Part shown: positions 1-8,525 of the stretch, piece by piece
Position numbering within the stretch: the first letter of the stretch is position 1
How the letters are laid out: every line of letters starts with the position of its first letter
Made by a program: the position numbers and the translations under genes
Notes under the pieces: generated by a model
The model's database searches: none
What the model was told of the DNA's origin: nothing
The model's input: the letters and a program-made list of their open reading frames with translations, nothing else
Assembly: GCA_963662655.2 (NCBI GenBank)
Contig: CAXXTU010000002.1
Location: 1,568,001 to 1,632,000 of the forward strand
Source: Candidatus Cloacimonadales bacterium
GTDB taxonomy: Bacteria > Cloacimonadota > Cloacimonadia > Cloacimonadales > JAIOQZ01
Length of the DNA stretch: 64,000 nt
Direction: 5' to 3'

Positions 1-1284
1 TCGAGTCTATGCTGTACCAGCGGAGCGACGCCGCATGTCGCGGGGGCTATCGCGCTCATCTACCAGCGTTACCCCGATGCGACGACCGATGAAGCGAGGC
101 AATATCTCATCGATGCCGCTTACAACGATACCAAGACTGGCGCGATCCCGGACGGGAGTCCAGACAATCGCTGGGGCTACGGCAAGCTCAACGCCTACGG
201 AGCATACGAAGCCTCCGCGTACCAGATAACTGAATCGATCGAAGGAGCGGGAGACTACTCCTTCGCAAATGGAGACGAGGCCGGAGCGCCAACGATTGCT
301 GATATCCATTTCAACAGTGAAGACATCGACAAAGTTACCGTCCTGAAGCACACGAACGAGTTCCCACCGGAGAATCCGGGCGAGGATCACACGGTCATGT
401 GCTGGTTCAACATCTCAACCAAAGGTGGAACAAGCGCCTTCGATTGCGATCTTACGCTCTACTACACGGACGATGAATTGAACAACAGCGGATTCGACGA
501 TCCGGCGAGTTCGGAGTCGAGGCTTGTCTTGTATCGCTACAATGGTGGCAGTTGGGTAGAGATGGGAGGAACGGTCGACACGGCGAGCAACTCGGTAACA
601 TTGAACGGTGTCTCGGAATTCTCCGACTGGTGCATCAGCGATCCCCAGGACACGACCCTGCCCAGCACGCTGATCGATATGATGTACTCCCAGACAACCG
701 GCCAGAACGTTCTTCTGCAGTGGGAAGTCGAATTGGAAAGCGACCGGATCGGCTACAACATCCTTCGGGCTGATGAAGATTTCATCGATGAAGCCATGCT
801 GCTGACGGCCAGCCCGATTCCCGCGCAGAACCAGCCTGCGGCGGTCATGTACCAGTATCTGGATGAATCAGCAGTGGTCGGAAATGTCTATTATTACTGG
901 CTGGAAATTCTCGAAGCCGATGGTCAGACCTCGCATATGGGCTCGTACCGCGTCGCGATCACGGACGAAAGCGAAGTCCATCCGGCGATCGAGTCCATAA
1001 CGAAACTGATAGGAAACTACCCGAATCCGTTCAATCCCAGCACGAAAATCATATTCGATCTCGCGTCGGAAAAGGATACCGAAATAGTCCGGCTCGACGT
1101 GTTCAATCTCAAGGGACAATTGGTGCGCTCGCTGTTCAACGGAACGATGGAGCCCGGTGCGAATCGGTCGATCGTCTGGGATGGCAAAGACAGTCAGGGA
1201 AGGCAGGTCTCCAGCGGGATTTACTACTACCGCCTGGACGTTGCCGAAAACCGGTTGACGGGAAAAGCGCTCTTGCTCAAATAG
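1..1284 (+). CDS. S8 (subtilisin-like) peptidase with C-terminal FlgD/T9SS-like sorting domain, 5' partial
   Basis: Frame 1 is open from base 1 and reads SSLCCTSGATPHVAGAIAL...NRWGYGKLNA (S8 catalytic-Ser region and C-terminal motif). It continues in frame into track ORF 397..1284, which ends GNYPNPFNPST...FNLKGQLV...WDGKD...SSGIYYY...KALLLK. Confidence 0.8.
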   Translation, partial: SSLCCTSGATPHVAGAIALIYQRYPDATTDEARQYLIDAAYNDTKTGAIPDGSPDNRWGYGKLNAYGAYEASAYQITESIEGAGDYSFANGDEAGAPTIADIHFNSEDIDKVTVLKHTNEFPPENPGEDHTVMCWFNISTKGGTSAFDCDLTLYYTDDELNNSGFDDPASSESRLVLYRYNGGSWVEMGGTVDTASNSVTLNGVSEFSDWCISDPQDTTLPSTLIDMMYSQTTGQNVLLQWEVELESDRIGYNILRADEDFIDEAMLLTASPIPAQNQPAAVMYQYLDESAVVGNVYYYWLEILEADGQTSHMGSYRVAITDESEVHPAIESITKLIGNYPNPFNPSTKIIFDLASEKDTEIVRLDVFNLKGQLVRSLFNGTMEPGANRSIVWDGKDSQGRQVSSGIYYYRLDVAENRLTGKALLLK

Positions 1285-1312
1285 CGCATGATTAAATCGT
1301 GAACTGCCGCGA

Positions 1313-1459
1313 GGCGGGAGCAGATACGTTCGATCCCCGCCTGTGCAGGGTGTTCCACAGCTATTTTCGGCTTTGTCGTAGTCCAAACGAAATCATGTTA
1401 GTGGAATTTAGCTGTGGTATATCCCTGTGCAGGCGGGGATCGGGCGAAGATGCCACGCC
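1313..1459 (+). repeat. dispersed covarying hairpin element, copy 1
   Basis: CAGATACGTTCGATC-cccgcctgtgcag-GGTGTTCCAC...GTGGTATATCC-ctgtgcaggcggg-GATCGGGCGAAGATGC. Confidence 0.9.
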
Positions 1460-1528
1460 GGTCGGACGAGAAGCAACATACTCGATTCTGCACTCGAATG
1501 AGCACATCGAAATCGATAAAGGAAACCC

Positions 1529-1759
1529 ATGAAGCCGCGAGATATTGTTGACGTCGAAAAAAAGCCAGACACCTGCCCGGCATGCGGACAAACGCTGGCT
1601 GAAATTCATTATGGCACCCCACAAATGAATGCACAACTCATTCAGGGGCTTTCAACAGGTTCAATTAAGCTTGGTGGTTGCTGCACGACCGGCAACGACC
1701 CCCAATTCTACTGCGCGAAATGCGGGAAATACTACCGGGTGCCTAAACCCACTCCATAA
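1529..1759 (+). CDS. small Cys-rich (zinc ribbon-like) hypothetical protein
   Basis: CPACG...YG.P...LGGCC...CAKCG; AAGGA RBS upstream. Confidence 0.7.
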   Translation: MKPRDIVDVEKKPDTCPACGQTLAEIHYGTPQMNAQLIQGLSTGSIKLGGCCTTGNDPQFYCAKCGKYYRVPKPTP

Positions 1760-1990
1760 GGATTGAAAAAGCGCTATCTACGCTCCTGCTGCGCCATGAA
1801 GAAAACGGACATCACCTGTTCCACGATATTCTTGTAAATTATACCCGTCACAACCGTAGCGACGAGCATTTACACACCCGTGAACTCAGGCGTTCGGAGT
1901 TTATCGCCGCTTTGATTCATAACGAAAGACATTCAGCATTACATAAGAAGTTAAATCTGAAATGATGTGTAATGGGATAACCTTGTGAGC

Positions 1991-2218
1991 CTATTTCCTG
2001 GATAACTTTTCGGCGATTACCTCAATCCTCTTGCTCTCGAAAGGATAGAGGTCGATCGGGACATGATTTGCGCCAAACCTCATAGCGATTCGATAGCGTG
2101 CGCATTTCGCGTATTCCGCTTTGCAATACACCTCTTTCATGGACGCTTCCGTAGATGCTTTTTGTGGCATTTCCCCATTGAAAAACGGGCACATTTCAAG
2201 CTTCGGACAATCGCTCAT
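1991..2218 (-). CDS. small Cys-rich hypothetical protein
   Basis: MSDCPKLEMCPFF...YC...CARY...VPIDLYP; AAGGGG RBS before this Met. Confidence 0.6.
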   Translation of the reverse strand: MSDCPKLEMCPFFNGEMPQKASTEASMKEVYCKAEYAKCARYRIAMRFGANHVPIDLYPFESKRIEVIAEKLSRK

Positions 2219-2280
2219 CACTTCCCCTTTATTCTCAATGATAACCACCAGACAGGATAAGACAACTTGATTTATTTATT

Positions 2281-2853
2281 TTATTCGTCACATGGCTTTT
2301 CTTGCTCACTGTCCATAATGCACGAAATAAAGAAATGGTACAGACGCTGTTTATCTTCTCTGCGCTCCTTAAATCGATCGATTGCCTGATCGATCATATC
2401 GTTCAACTCGATGAATTCCTCGCGTGCTAAAAACAGTTCGCTCGACGAATACCGCTTCGCTCCACCCTCTTTTCGATTACTCAGCGCGATGAACTTCTGT
2501 TTGCTCTCCTCGAAAAGCTGCTCGGCTCCGGATGCGAAATGAAGATTGACCTTCATAACCGTCCCCGGGTCCAGTTCCTTGCACGAAAGCTTGAAAATCA
2601 TCGCCGTCGGCTCGTAGTATTTTGCAATGATTCCGTGAATCTCTTCCGTCTTCACAAGGTGCAGTATTCCGATATCTTCCAGCTTCTTCACATGGAAATG
2701 AACATTCGCCGGTTTTACGCCAAGCTTCTCCGATATCTGCTTAACGGTCATGGCTTGTTTGCTGTTACGCAGCACATTGAGCACTTCCTGGCGCTTCTCG
2801 TCCACCAGTATCTTTATATGACTCGGGTCTGTTATTTCTCTGACTGTTTGCAT
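2281..2853 (-). CDS. ArsR-like winged HTH transcriptional regulator
   Basis: RQEVLNVL...MTVKQISEKLG...VHFHVKKLEDIG...EIHGIIAKYY; divergent from the S41 peptidase gene; GAGGAG RBS. Confidence 0.8.
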   Translation of the reverse strand: MQTVREITDPSHIKILVDEKRQEVLNVLRNSKQAMTVKQISEKLGVKPANVHFHVKKLEDIGILHLVKTEEIHGIIAKYYEPTAMIFKLSCKELDPGTVMKVNLHFASGAEQLFEESKQKFIALSNRKEGGAKRYSSSELFLAREEFIELNDMIDQAIDRFKERREDKQRLYHFFISCIMDSEQEKPCDE

Positions 2854-2975
2854 ATCCAATTCTCCTCGGATGCCATACTTAACGAGCGAGCATTTTTGTA
2901 CAATAAAAAAAATGTTTGACATTTGAAACGTTCAGCTATAAACTAACGTTAGATATATATTTAATGGAGGCTTCT

Positions 2976-4304
2976 ATGAAATACTTTGTTACGCTTTCTT
3001 TTATCCTTGCCATTTGTCTGATCGCAGCTCAAGATACTGACCCACCTGAGCTTACTGCTCAGTACAAGCAAACATTGATTGATTCATTGGCTGATGCCTT
3101 CAATCGAATTTATATCTTTCCTGATAAAGGTATCGCAATTTCGAAAACCCTTCAGGATGATCTCTCTTCAGGCAAATTCAACAACATGAAGGACCCAATC
3201 GAGGTCGCGGAAAAAATCACGCAGTGTGTCCTTCAGGCATGTCCGGACAAACATCTCGCCGTGTTCTACGCTCCTGGAATGGTCCAGCAAATCCGTATGG
3301 AAGAGAGCCAGTCGGAAGAACAGCAAATCGCGGCACATAATCGGATGCTGGAAATGGAGCGTCAGGAGAACTTCGGATTCAAGAAAATCGAAATACTTGA
3401 AGGCAACATCGGCTACTTACGTTTCGATTCATTCTCCATGCTCCCCGAGGCTTACGCTACAGCTTCAGCCGCCATGAATTTCCTGTCCAATACAGATGCC
3501 ATTATCATCGATCTACGCCACAATGGCGGTGGTTCCGCCGAAATGATTCAGTTCATCTCCAGCTATTTGTTCCCGGAGAATGAAAACACGGTACACCTCA
3601 ATACATTCCACCATCGCGAAACGGACACGACCTCACAAACATGGACGCTCCCCCATGTTCCCGGAAAACGTAATCCGAAAGCCAACGTGTACATTCTAAC
3701 GAGCGATTATACCTTCTCAGCCGCCGAAGAATTCACCTACAACCTCATGAACCTCGATCGCGCGACAATCGTTGGAGAAACAACCGGCGGAGGCGCGCAC
3801 CCGGTCAAATTCAAAGCTATCGACAACTGGTTTATTGCAAAAATACCCAATGGCCGGTCGATTAATCCGATCAGCAAGACGAACTGGGAAGGAACCGGGA
3901 TTGAACCGCACATTCAAACCGAGGCCGATTCCGCACTGGACGTTGCCTATCGGAAAGCGATCGAAAAACTACTGGTGCAGGCTGAGCCCTTTGCAAGAAT
4001 TAGATATGAATGGGCTTTGGATGGTTTGCTTCTCAAGGATAAAAATTACAAGCTCACACGAAAGCAACTCAAAGCCTTTGCCGGGGAATACGGGCCCCGC
4101 ATTGTTCGCTATCGCGACGGCAATCTCTTTTACCAGAGAAACGAAATCGAGTACCTCATGGTTCCGTATAAAGAAGACTGTTTCGCGCTCGAAGGCCTGG
4201 ACAACTTCCGCATTCGCTTCGAACGCGGCAGCAATGGAGAAATAACCTCCCTGAACGGCCTATATCACGGTGGAAAACGAGATTCATCCCCAAGAACAAA
4301 ATAA
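2976..4304 (+). CDS. S41 family peptidase (IRBP/tricorn-like), secreted
   Basis: Signal peptide; GNIGYLRF, IIDLRHNGGG, TFSAAEEF, IVGETTGGGA, WEGTGIEP motifs; GGAGG RBS. Confidence 0.9.
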   Translation: MKYFVTLSFILAICLIAAQDTDPPELTAQYKQTLIDSLADAFNRIYIFPDKGIAISKTLQDDLSSGKFNNMKDPIEVAEKITQCVLQACPDKHLAVFYAPGMVQQIRMEESQSEEQQIAAHNRMLEMERQENFGFKKIEILEGNIGYLRFDSFSMLPEAYATASAAMNFLSNTDAIIIDLRHNGGGSAEMIQFISSYLFPENENTVHLNTFHHRETDTTSQTWTLPHVPGKRNPKANVYILTSDYTFSAAEEFTYNLMNLDRATIVGETTGGGAHPVKFKAIDNWFIAKIPNGRSINPISKTNWEGTGIEPHIQTEADSALDVAYRKAIEKLLVQAEPFARIRYEWALDGLLLKDKNYKLTRKQLKAFAGEYGPRIVRYRDGNLFYQRNEIEYLMVPYKEDCFALEGLDNFRIRFERGSNGEITSLNGLYHGGKRDSSPRTK

Positions 4305-4361
4305 TGCATGATTCTCAAAGAGAATCGAAATACCTCCTGGTCCTGGATTGTTAGCATACGC

Positions 4362-4387
4362 AAGGGCTGGTCAACGCCAGCCCTTTT
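4362..4387 (+). terminator. intrinsic terminator after S41 peptidase
   Basis: aagggctgg-N6-ccagccctttt. Confidence 0.6.
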
Positions 4388-4414
4388 CCTCACGATGTAT
4401 TTCGCAAGCCACGA

Positions 4415-4561
4415 GCTTCGAACAGATTCGCTCGATCCCCGCCTGTGCAGGGTGTTCCACAGCTATTTTCGGCTTTGACGTAGTCCAAACGATATCATGT
4501 TAGTGGATAATCGCTGTGGTATATCCCTGTGCAGGCGGGGATCGGGCGAAGATGCCGAAGC
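4415..4561 (+). repeat. dispersed covarying hairpin element, copy 2
   Basis: Outer stem gcttcg/cgaagc; core nearly identical to copy 1. Confidence 0.9.
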
Positions 4562-4618
4562 GTTCGATTACAGAATGAAACCATCTCTCTTCTCTCCTCC
4601 CCCATCCAGCTTCAGACA

Positions 4619-4649
4619 ATAAAAAAAGGCTGATCTTCACCAGCCTTTT
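4619..4649 (-). terminator. intrinsic terminator of the EF-G2...PASTA operon
   Basis: aaaaggctg/cagcctttt stem with a long A run on its left. Confidence 0.6.
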
Positions 4650-4666
4650 GAACAATAAAACGTAGG

Positions 4667-5263
4667 TCATTCCCCCACATCGTCCAGCAACTCCTCATGG
4701 AGCCGCTTGCGGGGTGAACTGTCGGGTAATTTCCCCATACTAATAAACAGCGTCACCTGCGTCCCTTTGGGAACCATGGATTCGGAAGACGGCTGCGTAA
4801 AGATAATCTTGCCGTTCTCAACATCTTCAGAGTAACGTGTCTGTATCTTCTGATTTACATCCAGTCCCATATTTCGGAGCGTCAGACGAGCCTCTTTACG
4901 GGTCATGTTCACCAGGGATGGCAAGGTCACCAGCTCCGGGCCATCACTCACGACAACCTCGATAACCCTCCCCATCTTGGTGTTGGTTCCAGCCTCGGGC
5001 TTCTGCGAAATGATTCTGTTCTTCTTGACCTCATCATTGAATTGACGCTCTGTCTCTTGAATATAAAGGTGCTGCTCCTTGCATCGCTTCCTCGCAACGT
5101 CGAAATGCAAACCGGTCACTTCCGGAACGCGAATCTCCTTGCCATGCCTGGTAATCATGTTCATGACCATGTTGGTTCCGAAAAAACCGATAAGAAACAC
5201 CACGAGAAGAAACCCGATCGCTCCTCCCGCTATTGATATGATTTGTATTATTTTGTTCTTCAT
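4667..5263 (-). CDS. PASTA domain membrane protein
   Basis: N-terminal TM helix and two PASTA repeats (VPEVTG...IISQKPEAG; LPSLVNMT...IIFTQPSS). Confidence 0.85.
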   Translation of the reverse strand: MKNKIIQIISIAGGAIGFLLVVFLIGFFGTNMVMNMITRHGKEIRVPEVTGLHFDVARKRCKEQHLYIQETERQFNDEVKKNRIISQKPEAGTNTKMGRVIEVVVSDGPELVTLPSLVNMTRKEARLTLRNMGLDVNQKIQTRYSEDVENGKIIFTQPSSESMVPKGTQVTLFISMGKLPDSSPRKRLHEELLDDVGE

Positions 5264-5296
5264 AGTTCACTAATACCCATTCGTACGATGCTCGTG

Positions 5297-6619
5297 TCAA
5301 GCTTTTCGTCGCATTAGCGCGCCAAAAGCCCCGTCCATCATATGCCGATGCGGAATCGTCTTGTAAAATCCCTCGCTCGTGTATTGACTCGCCAGCTTCT
5401 CCGAGGCGTCTACCAACTCAAAATCCGGATGCTGAGCAAGGAACTGCCTTACCTGATCCTCGTTCTCGCGCTTGTTCATTGTACATGTGCTGTACGCAAG
5501 AAAACCCTCCGGGCGAACAAATTTCGCTCCATAGTGGAGCGCGCTTTCCTGAATCTTCAGCAGTTCTTCCAGATCCTGCGCTCGCTGCCAGCGAAGCTCA
5601 GACTTCTTCTGAAGCACGCCCCAGCCAGTACACGGCACATCCAGCAGCACACGATCATAAGCAGGCGCGACCGGACCGTAGCGGAACGAGTCTTCCACAA
5701 TCGTTCGCACGTTGTTCACCTGCAAGCGCTGCAAGGCTTGCTTGATCTTCTTCACCTTGTTCGGAATACGGTCGATGGCGATGATCTCACCCTGGTTCTG
5801 CATCTTCTCGCCGATGTAAGAAGTCTTCCCACCCGGGCCGGCGAACAGGTCCAGAACCGATTCCCCGGGCTGAGGATCGAGCAGCTCCACCACCAGCGCT
5901 GCCGAGGCGTCCTGTATGGAGAAGTACCCTTCCTCGAAGGCTACATCGCTCAAGACTTCGTTGGGCTGATTGGTCGTCATCATCATGCTCGATGCTGTGC
6001 TAGGCGTAAGCTCGATATCCTTTCGTGAAAAATAGGCGATGAGCTTCTCGGCGCTTGTTTCGATCTGGTTGACACGTACATTGAGACGCGGCACATCGTT
6101 GAAGTACATGCAGAGCATCTCGGTCTCATCCTCGCCCCAGGTATCCAGCCATATCTGAATCAGCTCCGGAGGATAGGAGTACTCCAGCGCCATTCGTTGC
6201 ACCGGGTCTTCCGGATAGGTTACCTTGTTCGGGTCCCGCTGGTACGAACGCAGAACCGCGTTGATGAAATCCGCGACCCGCTGGTCGAATTTCGACTTCG
6301 CAAGATCCACGGTCTCGTTTATCGCCGCATGATCCGGGATGTTCTCGCAGTAGCGCAATTGATACAACGCCATGTAGAGGAGAATCTGCACCTTCAAATC
6401 CGTCTTGTCGAATTTTACCGCGTCCGTGTAGAACGTTGCGATATGATGCAGGTGCTCCCGCAGCTTTACCGTTCCTTTGACGATGGTGTAAAATAAATCG
6501 TGATTGCCGTCGGCGTTCTTGATTTTCTTGCCGACATTGCGAAGAAGGTTGTCAGAGAAGGCGTTGTCTTTTAAGACTTTCGTGAGTACTTTATAGGCTT
6601 CAGCTCTTTCGTTTACCAT
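5297..6619 (-). CDS. rsmB: 16S rRNA m5C967 methyltransferase RsmB/Sun (NusB-like N-domain)
   Basis: HAAINETVDLAK, FINAVLR, QDASA, DLFAGPGGKT, LLDVPCTGWG, YSTCT motifs. Confidence 0.92.
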   Translation of the reverse strand: MVNERAEAYKVLTKVLKDNAFSDNLLRNVGKKIKNADGNHDLFYTIVKGTVKLREHLHHIATFYTDAVKFDKTDLKVQILLYMALYQLRYCENIPDHAAINETVDLAKSKFDQRVADFINAVLRSYQRDPNKVTYPEDPVQRMALEYSYPPELIQIWLDTWGEDETEMLCMYFNDVPRLNVRVNQIETSAEKLIAYFSRKDIELTPSTASSMMMTTNQPNEVLSDVAFEEGYFSIQDASAALVVELLDPQPGESVLDLFAGPGGKTSYIGEKMQNQGEIIAIDRIPNKVKKIKQALQRLQVNNVRTIVEDSFRYGPVAPAYDRVLLDVPCTGWGVLQKKSELRWQRAQDLEELLKIQESALHYGAKFVRPEGFLAYSTCTMNKRENEDQVRQFLAQHPDFELVDASEKLASQYTSEGFYKTIPHRHMMDGAFGALMRRKA

Positions 6620-6651
6620 ATCTTGATCCTATCGTCAGGATAGAACATCGT

Positions 6652-7245
6652 TCATTTCTTGTAAAGGAATCGTATAACATCTTTGATAAGAATTTCGGCG
6701 TCGCTGTATTTCGCCGGCTCGTAGACCTTCTTGATGGCTTTGGAAATCTCCGGTTTTTTGTAGCCGAGCGCTTCCAGCGCAGATTCGGCTTCCTGCACAA
6801 TCTCCGTTCGCTGCACAACCGAATCGCCCTCCGGAAGCTTGATTTGCTGCACTCTGTCTTTCAAGTCTATGATCACACGTTCGGCAGTTTTCTTGCCCAG
6901 GCCGGGCACGGTCGCGATGAGCCGTGCATCGCCCGATTCGATCGCCTCGACCCAGTTCCTCACCGACATCCCCGAAAGCGCTGCCAGCGCACTCTTGGGG
7001 CCGATCTTCGATACGCTTAGCAGCAGGCGGAACATGTCTCGCTCCTCGGGGGTGTGAAAGCCGTACAGCCTGATTCCATCCTCGGACATGCCGAAATGGA
7101 TCAAAAGCTTCGCCTTCTCCCCCGCCTTCGGGAGCTTCTCATAGGTGCTGAGCGGGATGCTTACCTCGTACCCCACACCCATGCAGTCAAGAATCACATA
7201 TGAAAATTCCTTTTCGGCAAGCAAGCCTCTCAGGTATGCAAACAT
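6652..7245 (-). CDS. ruvA: Holliday junction branch migration protein RuvA
   Basis: MFAYLRG...GVGYEV...LYGF...VSKIGPKSAL...VPGLGKKTAERVIIDLK...ALEALGY. Confidence 0.95.
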   Translation of the reverse strand: MFAYLRGLLAEKEFSYVILDCMGVGYEVSIPLSTYEKLPKAGEKAKLLIHFGMSEDGIRLYGFHTPEERDMFRLLLSVSKIGPKSALAALSGMSVRNWVEAIESGDARLIATVPGLGKKTAERVIIDLKDRVQQIKLPEGDSVVQRTEIVQEAESALEALGYKKPEISKAIKKVYEPAKYSDAEILIKDVIRFLYKK

Positions 7246-7263
7246 ATCTTTCCTTTTCCGAGT

Positions 7264-7752
7264 CTATCGATTCAGCAGTCCCGATTTCAGCCGATTGAAG
7301 TGGCAAAGCGCAATGGCAAGCGCGTCGGCGGCGTCCTCGCAGGATGGAGGCGTGATCTGCGGCAGGAGTTGCCCGATCATGTAGCGCACCTGCTGCTTGG
7401 TCGCGTTGCCGTTACCGACGACGGATTTCTTCACCTCTCGGGGGGAATATTCGTAAACCGGTATATTCTGCTGAGCGAGCGTCATCAGAATGGTTCCGCG
7501 AGCGTGTCCGAGCGTAAAAGCGCTCTTGAGATTCTTTCCGTAGAAGATGGTTTCAACAGCCGCATGGTCGGGATGATACTCGTCGAGAATTTCTCTAAGT
7601 TTTACGTGAATCGATAGGAGTCTTTGCGGTAGGCTTTGTTTTGTGTCGATTTTGATTGCGCCGCTTCCGGCAGCCAGGACTTTCCTGCCTTCGATCTCCA
7701 GCAAGCCGTATCCGAAGATACGGCTGCCGGGATCAATACCAAGGATGATCAC
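7264..7752 (-). CDS. ruvC: crossover junction endodeoxyribonuclease RuvC
   Basis: [44 protein letters not shown]. Confidence 0.96.
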   Translation of the reverse strand: MIILGIDPGSRIFGYGLLEIEGRKVLAAGSGAIKIDTKQSLPQRLLSIHVKLREILDEYHPDHAAVETIFYGKNLKSAFTLGHARGTILMTLAQQNIPVYEYSPREVKKSVVGNGNATKQQVRYMIGQLLPQITPPSCEDAADALAIALCHFNRLKSGLLNR

Positions 7753-8498
7753 TGTCCTGCGATCCTCTCCATTACTTCGTCTGAGACTTCATAGTTCGCG
7801 TAGATTTTCTGGACGTCGTCGAGGTCCTCCATCTTTTCGATGAGTTTGAACACGCGTTCGGCAAAATCGTCGGCGTTGATGGTGTTTTTCGGAATTCGTG
7901 TCAACTCGGCCTTCTCGATGGTGAAATCTTTCTCGAGCGCTATGTTGACAGCGTTGAAGTCGTTCAGCGATGTGAGAACTTCGAAATACTCGTCATCGTC
8001 GAGAAGAACGTCTTCCGCACCAGCTTCCAGGGCTGCCATCATGAATTCGTCCTCGTCCTGACCGCCTTTGGGGATCAGGATGGAACCTTTCTGTTCGAAA
8101 TTCCATGATACCGCGCCGTTTTCGGCAAGGTTACCGCCGTACTTGGTGAAGGTGTGGCGAACTTCGGCAACCGTGCGGTTCTTGTTGTCCGTCATCACTT
8201 CGACCAGAACAGCCACGCCGTTGGGGCCGTAGCCTTCATACATGAATTCTTCGTAGCTTACGCCTTCAATTTCGCCGGTACCGCGCTTGATTGCCTTTTC
8301 GATGTTATCTTTGGGCATGTTGGCGTTACGCGCGTTCGAGACGGCTGTGCGAAGACGCGGATTGGTATCGATATCTCCACCGCCGTTTTTTGCAGCGATG
8401 ATGATTTCTTTAGCCAAACGGGTGAACAGCTTGCCGCGTTTTGCGTCGGCTGCACCCTTTTTATGCTTTATCGAGCTCCATTTATTATGTCCTGACAT
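7749..8498 (-). CDS. yebC: YebC/PmpR family protein
   Basis: [15 protein letters not shown]...YEGYGPNGV...TDNKNRT. Confidence 0.96.
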   Translation of the reverse strand: MSGHNKWSSIKHKKGAADAKRGKLFTRLAKEIIIAAKNGGGDIDTNPRLRTAVSNARNANMPKDNIEKAIKRGTGEIEGVSYEEFMYEGYGPNGVAVLVEVMTDNKNRTVAEVRHTFTKYGGNLAENGAVSWNFEQKGSILIPKGGQDEDEFMMAALEAGAEDVLLDDDEYFEVLTSLNDFNAVNIALEKDFTIEKAELTRIPKNTINADDFAERVFKLIEKMEDLDDVQKIYANYEVSDEVMERIAGQ

Positions 8499-8525
8499 TT
8501 TGCCTCCGTTAGGGCTGGGCCCGGT

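Noticed and set aside
1299..1532. Short ORFs spanning the hairpins (also 40130-40444, 52301-52594, 57809-58081)
   Set aside because: Reading frame and length are not conserved between copies, and covariation points to nucleic-acid structure rather than coding.
4481..4505. dif-like site (TCATGTTAGT resembles the XerD arm) in hairpin loops
   Set aside because: The 11-6-11 spacing with a XerC arm is not met.
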